Source: Spirochaetota bacterium (GTDB taxonomy: Bacteria; Spirochaetota; UBA4802; UBA5550). Taken from it: a DNA stretch of 64,000 nt. Positions 11,201-18,500 of this stretch are shown piece by piece (positions within the stretch are counted from its first letter, which is position 1; each line of letters starts with the position of its first letter). Made by a program: the position numbers and the translations under genes. The notes beneath the pieces were generated by a model. It did not search any database and was not told the origin of the DNA. It was given only the letters and a program-made list of their open reading frames with translations. The stretch spans positions 30,272 through 94,271 of the forward strand of contig JBGSQT010000005.1 in NCBI GenBank assembly GCA_041737965.1, given 5' to 3'.

Positions 11201-11788
11201 GGTTCCGGCACGGTCAGTATCCGCCAGGAGTTCGCGGGGGAGTATTCGGCGGTCCGGGAGTTTTTCGAAGACACGGCGCAGAGGGAGCAGAACATTGTGA
11301 GATATTATATGCGATTGATCCCGTCGCTGGAAACCGGAAATTACGGCGTGGAAAACACCGGAGACTGTTCAAAACCTCTTCGTGTTTTTGTGGACGGGAA
11401 GAGCCCCCGAATCGCCCTTGTGGGCCGTGACAAGGTGATGCTGCAGCCGGTGATCAATAAAAGCGGCCTGTACCGGTACATACGGTATAATGAAAGGACA
11501 CAGCCCCTCCTGGTGGCTTCGCCGATAAAGGAGGACGAAACATACGAGTACGCGCTACCGGTAAAGGGGATCGGGAAGGAAACGGAAAAAATCCTTTCGG
11601 TGAAAAGCAGGTTCGGCGAGGCGACTGTTGAAATCGGTCCCGGTGAGGCTGAGGGACGGCTGCTGGTAAAAAAGAGAATAGAAATCAGGCCCGCGCTGAT
11701 CTTGCCGCGCGAGTATGGCGAATTCCTCAGGTTTTGTATGGAAATAAAAAAGATCGAGAACGTCACGCTGTCGCTGGACAGGAAATAG
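8225..11788 (+). CDS. large secreted TPR-repeat protein with DUF3857 / transglutaminase-like / DUF3858-type C-terminal half
   Basis: 1187 aa. Signal-like N-terminus LKIILLLSAVSLAGTALFA, a TPR-like helical N-terminal half, and a C-terminal half with GRGTPEDKTVLAKSILDSFGI...WLDFSG resembling a transglutaminase-like core. Confidence 0.8.
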   Translation: MGSFCLKIILLLSAVSLAGTALFADAAVPGDPARHWKDMNACIRNGDDPGLFRLIERACAGEGCGVFAGMYMRDLVRLAEIEGPERSEKALEASIKSMAGCGGGKNAALLQARLSLHLLFAAHYPDKSEKAAAELYTVRDWRIIGPFGKYGPGDIDYSFGAELIPDFSQYKNYKTAGPDPHSGIIDVDRHVYPHNGVAYAVTSFRRNGPVKIRIYTLSPYRAFVNGREAVRNTGDRFRSLRILRIGGEKGITLMLKLYGGGRRFRVVATDDGDRILSPDQAGEEIFRDEVPVAESEEYPADELKKQGAAAPSWCCEALGDYYAGIRSTEAVEWYRKSLEKNDDPAVRYKLAEALILLSGENRSSAKYNEGWRIIDALRSADPGFVPALHRGLRRDVALGDVDGALSEGKRIIEAAPGYIMGYVEMLRLFSEHDLRKEHSDLSSRFKTRFPNSVVPLFMDAEFWSGRNRRKFREIHESILAKRYNRGSALALIGACMEAGEYGRALELIDSMPGYGGRAELRLDLYMKKKEYANARKLLFTESITRDDPSLYYRLGLVDYFRGMDPSMYWGKMLRLDPSAYRTADFLDYAADPEKMNPFAEFAMDEGEISQRVRDRTAGDAPATVLSRRFVFRLNADGTCRVFAEELVHLHDAESVGSWGEYRIPFRGDFHPVHARVFGPDGVVRESYRVHSVDGDRYLSLNSVAEDSVIHVAYIVDNPIRDPRHSVFFSPPLMLFQNYDEKVVKADCIVIAPRDMTVRFLVSGDRKVEIVERDDVKQYSVTLRDLPPVSEEYYSGSDFNCLPYFSFTTMDDFSDFTRWYNGLLSGKGEIRNPPETAPLKGGTVEETICRTYEYAARKTGMQNNVLYYPGTPEDTLYIGRGTPEDKTVLAKSILDSFGIVSYIAFVPAKHLPQAKMFPSTAVFSQILLYVPLENDRGTWLDFSGTYYPCGMVNSQADGGTALVLLKNGGIWKNVRGSEPGGVSGDYKITVNGNGSGTVSIRQEFAGEYSAVREFFEDTAQREQNIVRYYMRLIPSLETGNYGVENTGDCSKPLRVFVDGKSPRIALVGRDKVMLQPVINKSGLYRYIRYNERTQPLLVASPIKEDETYEYALPVKGIGKETEKILSVKSRFGEATVEIGPGEAEGRLLVKKRIEIRPALILPREYGEFLRFCMEIKKIENVTLSLDRK

Positions 11789-11789
11789 G

Positions 11790-11885
11790 TTATCTCCCCA
11801 GCTTCGCCTTCAGCTCCTGTTTTTTCCTTTTAAGTCTTCTCTTTGCCCTTTTCCGTTTTACACGGCATTTGTACTGTTTGCTCAC
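11790..11885 (-). CDS. candidate 31-codon highly basic small protein (GTG start)
   Basis: Too short for the ORF track. Hand translation gives (M)SKQYKCRVKRKRAKRRLKRKKQELKAKLGR. AGAGGA lies 7 nt upstream of GTG 11885-11883, and a TTGACA-17-TAACAT promoter lies upstream. Confidence 0.3.
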   Translation of the reverse strand: MSKQYKCRVKRKRAKRRLKRKKQELKAKLGR

Positions 11886-11921
11886 GTACCGATCCTCTGT
11901 TATGATAATGTGCGATGATGA

Positions 11922-11950
11922 ATGTTATTTTCGGCGACATTCTTTGTCAA
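11922..11950 (-). promoter_or_regulatory. sigma-70-like promoter (TTGACA-17-TAACAT) facing the small basic ORF
   Basis: On the minus strand, TTGACA is at 11950-11945 and TAACAT at 11927-11922, with an exact 17-nt spacer. Confidence 0.3.
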
Positions 11951-12079
11951 GATTAATTCCTCGGTCGAAAATCATTCCCACGCCCGCGCAGGTGAGTATT
12001 CAGCCGTAAGCGATGGGGGGCGTATGATACCATTACCTGTTTTTCAGGGGACTTCCGGTTTTTTACTCTATTTTTTCGG

Positions 12080-12107
12080 TAAAGAAACCCGGATGGCATG
12101 CCGATAA
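12080..12107 (+). promoter_or_regulatory. sigma-28 (FliA)-type promoter, TAAA-N16-GCCGATAA
   Basis: TAAA at 12080-12083 and an exact GCCGATAA at 12100-12107. The enterobacterial/Bacillus consensus is TAAA-N15-GCCGATAA. It lies 7 nt upstream of the ATG at 12115. Confidence 0.45.
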
Positions 12108-12114
12108 GTGATCT

Positions 12115-12408
12115 ATGATGATCTCAAACGGCATATCGGAAATACGTCTTCATCAGTCCGGGGTACACAGGACGGAATCGGAGCGGATATTCGTGTGGCC
12201 TCTCTATAACGCGGGGAAAGTGGAGAAAATCCACGGGGTCACACGGCATACAGAATCAAACGCGATGTACGCCAAGCCCTCCGGGGACGACAGGGAAAAA
12301 ATCCTGTCTATGTCTGCGCACCGTTCAGAGGTGACCTATACGCCCCGGGGAGACCAGAAATCGCACCTCATGCTGCAGCCGGGATCGCTCTTTGACGCGG
12401 TCGTATGA
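12115..12408 (+). CDS. hypothetical 97-aa protein downstream of the sigma-28-type promoter
   Basis: The only ORF in a 670-bp gap between convergent genes. No family recognised and no SD (it would be leaderless). A hairpin follows about 30 nt after the stop. Confidence 0.4.
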   Translation: MMISNGISEIRLHQSGVHRTESERIFVWPLYNAGKVEKIHGVTRHTESNAMYAKPSGDDREKILSMSAHRSEVTYTPRGDQKSHLMLQPGSLFDAVV

Positions 12409-12436
12409 TAGTCCTTTAACAAAATGTTCCGTAAGT

Positions 12437-12458
12437 AAACCGCTGATCTTTGCGGTTT
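12437..12458 (+). terminator. hairpin after the 97-codon ORF (AAACCGC-8 nt-GCGGTTT) followed by a CT-rich tail
   Basis: 7-bp perfect stem at 12437-12443 / 12452-12458. The tail CTCATCTTT is only moderately U-rich. It abuts the stop codon of the convergent peptidase gene. Confidence 0.35.
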
Positions 12459-12459
12459 C

Positions 12460-13743
12460 TCATCTTTCCGCATCCTTCCGCATGATATATTCGTGGATTA
12501 TCTTTAACAGCGCCTCGACTATTTCCGGTTCTATCGCGTCCACGGTGTCTTTCATCGTATGATACACCAGCCCCTCGCGGAAATAATTTGTGGACAGCCC
12601 GAGGAAGCAGGTGGCTTCGACGCCGATTCTGGCGAACTCCGCGGCATCTGTTGCTCCCCCTCCAAAAGCGATGGGGACCGCGGACAGGGAGTACCCCAGA
12701 TCTTCGGCGATATCCCTGCACTCGTGCGCCAGGGTATCGGATGTTTTGATGAATCCGTTCATCTCGCTGGTGAGGCATCGCAGTTCTTTAAGGGAATACA
12801 GTGAATCAATATTGAGCGCGAATGTCGGGACATTCAGCAATTCCCGCGCATGGGCCCGTACATACGCGCGTGACCCTCTGAGGCCGTGCTCTTCCGCGTC
12901 GGTGCTTAAAAACAGCAGTTTTGTCGATTCGAGCGGATTTTTACCGCGTTTTTTCAGGGTCCCGAAATGCTTCGCGATCCTCCAGGCGATCGCGGTTGCG
13001 ATCAGATTGTCTCCCGCGCCGGGCACGACGTCTTTCCCCTCGAAAAGATAGAATTGTATCGCGGTGATGAAATTCAACGGCACCGCGATTTGTAGATATT
13101 TCGCGAAAAACGGGTCCGGTGTTCCGGCAAGAAAACAGATACCCCAGATGACCGTCAGAAGCCCGGTGACGCCTGCAAAGACCAGCCCGGAAATTATCCT
13201 GATTGAATACAGTTTCTGGTACCGCACCAGAAAATTAAAAACCCTGGCGCTGTCGTGGTGACCCGCGATGATTATCTGCCGCTTCACCTCGGACCGGGGT
13301 TCGATCGATGCGGCGACATTGTAACCGGTCCCTTTTTTGTAGAACGGGTCGAAAATCTCCCTGTATAACACGAATTCACCGACGCCGCTGAGCATGGATA
13401 TGCCGTACATGACCATGGCTGGAACCAGCCACCAGCCTCCCAGGAGCGCGCAGAGGGAAAAGGCCGTGTAGGTCACCGCCTTCACTTTCATAAACCCCAT
13501 AAAGGCCCCCGGGTGAAACGTGAAAGGCTCGATCGACGTTTTGTCACAGAAGGGGGCCAGCCGGTCCCGTATCTCTCCCGCGCTGTCCCTGCAGGCATTT
13601 GTTCCGGCGTACCGGCCGCCGTGTTTCTGAATGATCTCCCCGACGAAAGCGAGGCATTCCATCGCGGCTCTGGTGAAGTTTATTTTTCCCTTATGCACCG
13701 TTGTCATCGAAAAAATTGTCAACCTGATCCTTCTTGCAATCAA
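12460..13743 (-). CDS. M28-family membrane-associated metallopeptidase (aminopeptidase-like)
   Basis: IIIAGHHDSA, LFLSTDAEEHGLRGSRAYV and GGGATDAAEF motifs of M28 peptidases, with hydrophobic helices in the first half. The start could be an internal Met. Confidence 0.85.
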   Translation of the reverse strand: MIARRIRLTIFSMTTVHKGKINFTRAAMECLAFVGEIIQKHGGRYAGTNACRDSAGEIRDRLAPFCDKTSIEPFTFHPGAFMGFMKVKAVTYTAFSLCALLGGWWLVPAMVMYGISMLSGVGEFVLYREIFDPFYKKGTGYNVAASIEPRSEVKRQIIIAGHHDSARVFNFLVRYQKLYSIRIISGLVFAGVTGLLTVIWGICFLAGTPDPFFAKYLQIAVPLNFITAIQFYLFEGKDVVPGAGDNLIATAIAWRIAKHFGTLKKRGKNPLESTKLLFLSTDAEEHGLRGSRAYVRAHARELLNVPTFALNIDSLYSLKELRCLTSEMNGFIKTSDTLAHECRDIAEDLGYSLSAVPIAFGGGATDAAEFARIGVEATCFLGLSTNYFREGLVYHTMKDTVDAIEPEIVEALLKIIHEYIMRKDAER

Positions 13744-13811
13744 GTCAAAAAACCGGCACTTTTCAAAAAAAACCGCAAGGCGGTATCTCTCGGGCCGAGC
13801 GTGTTTGATAA

Positions 13812-13841
13812 TAAAAAGGGGCCGCCCTTGCGGACGGCCCC
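13812..13841 (-). terminator. rho-independent terminator of flaB
   Basis: The minus strand reads GGGGCCG-tccgcaaggg-CGGCCCC followed by TTTTT. It lies about 45 nt after the flaB stop. Confidence 0.75.
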
Positions 13842-13886
13842 TGATGCGTTCAGTATTCCCTATTGTTGTTGAAACCGGTATTTCTA

Positions 13887-14738
13887 TTAGCCTCCAAGAA
13901 GCTGAAGGATCGTTCTAGTCTTCATGTTCGCCTGAGCCAGCATCGCAGTGCCAGCCTGTACGAGAATCTGATCCTTGGTAAGGTTTACAAGCGTCTCTGC
14001 CATGTCAGCATCCCTTATTCGACTCTCGGATGCCTGTATATTTTCATAGGCAGTCATTAGACCTTTTGCTGCGTATTCCAGCCTGTTGTAGTAAGCGCCA
14101 AGGTCAGCTCTCTGCTTGGAAATCCTGTGAAGCGCATTGTCGACGATACCGATCGTTCGATTGGACCCGTCTGCAGTGCTCAGATTCGCAAGGAAATTCC
14201 CTGTTTTTTCTTTCAGATTCAGCGCCTCGGAGGTCATGGTCCCTATGTACACTCTTTCTCTCTGGTGCATGTTGGCACCCATATGGAACCACATACTTGC
14301 TCTGGGGTTCACCCTCGAGTAGTCTCCCAGCAGGAGGTTGAACTTGTTGAATTCGGCCTGAGACGCAATCCTGTCGACTTCGTCTATGAGGGCCGATACT
14401 TCAACCTGAATCAGCTGCCTGTCTTCATTGGTATAGATACCGTTGGAAGACTGAACAGCCAGAACCCTGATTCTCTGAAGAATTCCGGCGGTCTGCTCGA
14501 GGTAACCCTCGGCGGTCTGGATAAAGGACATTCCGTCCTCAGTGTTCCTCTCCGCCTGACGGAGACCCTGTATCTGAGTTCTCATCTTCTCAGATACCGC
14601 CAGTCCCGATGCGTCATCTCCCGCCCTGTTGATCCTCAAACCTGATGAGAGCTGTTCCATGGAACGGTTCACATCCCAGTGTTTGAACTTGAGGACCTTG
14701 TGTGAGTTGATGGCGCTCATGTTGTGATTGATTATCAT
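13887..14738 (-). CDS. flaB: flagellar filament core protein (spirochaete FlaB-type flagellin)
   Basis: [18 protein letters not shown]...[51 protein letters not shown]...[14 protein letters not shown]...[15 protein letters not shown]. About 283 aa, which is spirochaete FlaB size. I take ATG 14738 (AGGAG 7 nt upstream) rather than the track's GTG at 14744. Confidence 0.95.
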   Translation of the reverse strand: MIINHNMSAINSHKVLKFKHWDVNRSMEQLSSGLRINRAGDDASGLAVSEKMRTQIQGLRQAERNTEDGMSFIQTAEGYLEQTAGILQRIRVLAVQSSNGIYTNEDRQLIQVEVSALIDEVDRIASQAEFNKFNLLLGDYSRVNPRASMWFHMGANMHQRERVYIGTMTSEALNLKEKTGNFLANLSTADGSNRTIGIVDNALHRISKQRADLGAYYNRLEYAAKGLMTAYENIQASESRIRDADMAETLVNLTKDQILVQAGTAMLAQANMKTRTILQLLGG

Positions 14739-14763
14739 GTGCACACTCCTTTGTGTTGTGTTT

Positions 14764-14781
14764 CCTGATCTCCTTATCAGG
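14764..14781 (-). promoter_or_regulatory. flaB leader hairpin presenting AAGGAG in its loop (candidate CsrA-type site)
   Basis: The minus strand reads CCUGAU-AAGGAG-AUCAGG (6-bp stem, 6-nt loop), 25 nt upstream of the ATG. A second GGA lies in the SD at 14746-14750. Confidence 0.45.
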
Positions 14782-14931
14782 AATGTAAGTTCAGGTACGA
14801 CTCAGGGAATACCGGTCGGTGCATTGCTGCAACCATTATGATCACCAATGGATGATCGAAATGCTCGCAGCAATCAGTCGGTAGTTTTCAAAGAACAAAT
14901 AAAAATCGAAACAGTTAAGATAGCGAATCCG

Positions 14932-15206
14932 TTACCGTAACAGCCGCGTCGCGGTAGCGGATTTGTGATTGTCCTGAGCCGGCATCGCAGTACCGCTCTG
15001 AACCGGTATTATTTTTTTTGTATAATGACGGAGTCCCATTATCTGAGCCTCGCTTTTTCTGAAACCGCTGGCCAGGTCGCGTCTTCCCCGCTCCTGTTGG
15101 TCTTCACTATGAAAGAGAGTTTTTCCGTGTCACGCCCTACCTTCCAGTTCTGGAATTTGAGCGCCCTGTTCGTATTGACGGCGGAGATGTTCTGCTCGTT
15201 AATCAT
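14932..15206 (-). pseudogene. internally deleted, frameshifted flagellin (flaB paralogue) remnant
   Basis: The N-terminal 55 codons MINEQNISAVNTNRALKFQNWKVGRDTEKLSFIVKTNRSGEDATWPAVSEKARLR* align to the FlaB N-terminus. After an A-rich junction, another frame encodes PVQSGTAMPAQDNHKSATATRLLR*, matching the FlaB C-terminus. The central ~190 codons are missing. Confidence 0.8.
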
Positions 15207-15232
15207 CTGATTCCTCCATGAATCTCGTGGCG

Positions 15233-15250
15233 GGAAGCCTCCATGCTTCC
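15233..15250 (-). promoter_or_regulatory. leader hairpin of the flagellin remnant presenting AUGGAG in its loop
   Basis: The minus strand reads GGAAGC-AUGGAG-GCUUCC (6-bp stem, 6-nt loop), 26 nt upstream of ATG 15206. The SD GGAGGA is at 15212-15217. Confidence 0.4.
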
Positions 15251-15526
15251 ACTGAACCTCTTGTCTCACAGTATATAGTTCGGAGCAGATGGGGCCATAA
15301 TTGAACCTGAATACGGGCAATTATAGGCTAAAAATGGCTTTTAATGGTGATTATTGTAAAATATGAACTAGATTTATCTGGCGGAGTATTTTTTTGCGGT
15401 TTTTCCCTTATTCTTTATTTCGGCATACTGCGGATTTCCCTTAGTAAAAAATTTTTTTTTCTTTCCGCATGAAACCGGGAAACGCATTATCCGGCCGATA
15501 TCGGGAAAAATTGTTGTTTTTTTCCT

Positions 15527-15556
15527 TTGACAAAGTTCATTTGATACTGCTATAAT
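15527..15556 (+). promoter_or_regulatory. strong sigma-70-like promoter (TTGACA-18-TATAAT) of the 1013-aa membrane protein gene
   Basis: Both hexamers are perfect consensus. GAGAGG lies about 8 nt before ATG 15575. Confidence 0.55.
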
Positions 15557-15574
15557 TTTCGAGAGGCCGGCATA

Positions 15575-18500
15575 ATGAGTTTTCTAAAAGAATTCAGCTA
15601 TTCAGAAGTGGCGCAGAGGAAAATACTGCATTTCAACGTATTTGTCTCATCAATGATCATAGGGTGCGTCCTTACCGACCTGACCCTTTATCTTCAGTAC
15701 CATTTTTTTTACTCTCCGGTCATCACGATCCTTGTCATTTTTTCACTGGGGGGATTTTTCTTCGGTAACATTGCAGGACGCATTCTGTTTCGCGCAATCC
15801 CTCACGCCAGGCCCCTGTACATTATCACCGAACTGATTTTCGTTTTTTTATCCGCTTCGTATCTGTCAAGAATGTTCTTTCCGGACGGAGGCCGGTCATT
15901 TCTTTTGGACTTGTTCTTTATGAATCAGTACGTTTTCGTATTATTTATCGTCGCCTCTTCATTTATAATCGGAATGAAGTATAACTATTTCATGAAGATT
16001 GCCTGCGGCGACTTTATCGACGACTCCCAGGGGCTTGTGGGGCTTGTGGTCCTTTCACTGGTCGGGTTTCCGATCGGGGCGCTCCTGGCTGGCGGAGCAA
16101 CGGCGATTCCGGAACTGGGCTACGGGTTTATCCTGATGCCGCTGATGGCGCTTCCGACCGCGTTCCTGATAAAGCTCGGCTACAATCCCCCGCCCCAGTA
16201 TGCCAAGGAGTTCGAGCGGGAAGTGGAACTGGACAGGAAGAAAGTAAATTACAGGGACACGCTTCTTTTTACATATCTCAACTTCGGCCTTATCATTCTT
16301 TTCTATTTTATGGGGCTCCTGACCTTCAACAAGTTTTACGGAAGCCTGAGCGTAAACGCGCTTTTTTTTCACACCGTCTCTTTTGTCTGCATCGCCGTGG
16401 GGATCGTCGCCGCGGGGCGATTGAAAAAAGGAAATTGGTACATATACGGGGAGATGCTTTTCCCTCTATTTTTCCTTCTGTTTATTTTTGTGATGTATTA
16501 TATGAAGGACCATGTTCCGCCCTATGCCGGAATCGTGTTTTTCTTTCCGGTGGCGATGGTGATCGGTTTTATCCTCAGAAAGACCCTGGATAACGTCATC
16601 GCCGGCTATAATCACACGGTTCGGTTTTCCATTCTGGGGTTTGCGTTTTTCGTTCTTCCCGCACCGTTGATTCTTTCGATACAGCTGATCGAATTCACGA
16701 ACTTCTGGTATTTCATAGTCGTCTACATTCTGACGCTGGTATCCATTCTGGTGCCCGGTTTCCATCTCCTGTCGCGGGCCAATAACGGTTACAGAAAACT
16801 GCTGTTCCTGGGATTTCTGCTCGCTGTTATTCCGCTTCTTATTTTTCTGCATGTTTTTTTCAGAATTCCCATGGACGGTGAAATATACACCGGCAGAGTC
16901 GAAAACTTCGAATCGCTGAAAGAGATAAATTACAATGAGCTTTTTATAAAGCAGAGGGCAACGGTCCGTCTGTTCGCGTCTCCGGTGTTCAGGGTATCGG
17001 ACAGCATTATACGAAATCTCAAGCGCGCCGCTGTTCCCCTATCGCTGTATGTCGATGAAGGACAGCCGGTCCTGTTTATCGACGGCAATCACCGTTTCTT
17101 TCAGAACCAGATGATCGGCATATACAAAAACGTGCTGTCTCTTGATGTCCTTTCCGATGAAAATGTCGACTACAACAAACTCCCCCTTACCGGAAGTCAG
17201 ACGTATATCACCGAAAACGAGGACTTGTTGTATTTCCTCCGCCGAAAAGTGAAAGGGGAAAACCGGTTTTTCGCCATTATCGACATGCCGAACATTGCGG
17301 ATCAGCAGCGAAACCGTTTCCGGTTTTCCGGTGAATACTACGGCATAATCCGCAAAGGGATCGTGCCGGGCGGGATTTTCGGACAGGTTTACTCTCTCCA
17401 TGACTGCAGGGGGGATTTTTTCGCCCAATCGGTGAAAAACCTGAAAAAGGCCTTCAGGTCCCATGTAGTGTATCTTTTTTCAGATCATTGTCTGATACTG
17501 GCCTCTGACCGGGACAATGCTTTTTCGGTGGACAGGGACGAATATGCCCGTTTTGCCTCGCTTTTTAAGGGCGATTCGGGCATCAAGTCAATTTTTCTCA
17601 ACGAAATCCACGTGCTCTCCCATTTGGTGTTCACCGATATCGATCATCTTGTCCCCTATCTCAACGACAAAGCGGTGATCGGGGATTGTCTGCTTTCACA
17701 TTCCGGCGGTCCCGCGCTGAAGGGAGACCTCAACGGAAACGTGATGGAACGCAATGACCTGGTACTCGAAACCATCGATACCGGCAAGGATTACGGGACA
17801 TTGAAGATGAACGTGTCCGGCGCGATAGCGGCAAACAAAACCGCGGTTGATTTTCTGAAGCGGCTCGAGTACGCGGAGTCGATCGACGATTACGAAAATG
17901 AAACCAAATACCTTTTTGAGCTTCAAAAGTACATGGCGTATCGGATCGAACTGAGAGATTACGTGTCCCAGATTTTTTCATACAAGGAAAAGTATTATTA
18001 CAATACCGCGCTTCGTTTTGAAAAAGAAAAAAAATGGGAGGACGCGAAAAAGCTGTACAACGTCGTACTCTCGATAAACAGCGATAATTTCGACGCGAAC
18101 TACCGCATGGGCCTTCTTTACATCACCCTGCAGGACATCAACAACTCATTTAAATATTTCAACAACGCCCAGAGGTTGAAGTCCGATCATCCGAAGGTGC
18201 TGTATCAGATGGGGGTCCTCTATTTTTTAAGCAACAAGACCAACGAGGCAATCGACTATTTTAACAGATCGCTGGCCCGGAACGAGGTCAACCCCTCCCT
18301 GTTCAAGTATCTCGGCATGTGTTACGAAAAGACGGGGAACGACATCAAGGCGCAGGAGTACTACGAAAGGGCGGTCCTCAACGACCCGAACGATTCCGAA
18401 TCAAGGATTCGCCTGGATACGATAAAAAAGAAACGCGAGGACGAGCGAAAACAGTGGGACCTCTCCGAACAGAAAAGCGACGTGGAATCGGAACAGGGAA

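Noticed and set aside
12115-12408. Calling the 97-aa ORF FlgM (anti-sigma-28) because of its size and its sigma-28-type promoter
   Set aside because: I cannot find the conserved FlgM C-terminal sigma-28-binding motif in the sequence. The function is left open.
14745-14931. Sigma-28 or sigma-70 promoter for flaB
   Set aside because: Only partial matches were found (TTCGATCA and ACCGACTG as -10-like elements, without a properly spaced TAAA; CATAAT with a poor -35). I could not nominate a promoter with confidence.
15491-15505. GCCGATAT (a sigma-28 -10-like octamer) inside the palindrome CCGATATCGG between the flagellin remnant and the 1013-aa gene
   Set aside because: No TAAA-like -35 lies at 15-16 nt on either strand (the nearest GAAA elements are 11 or 19 nt away). 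A perfect sigma-70 promoter already explains the downstream gene.
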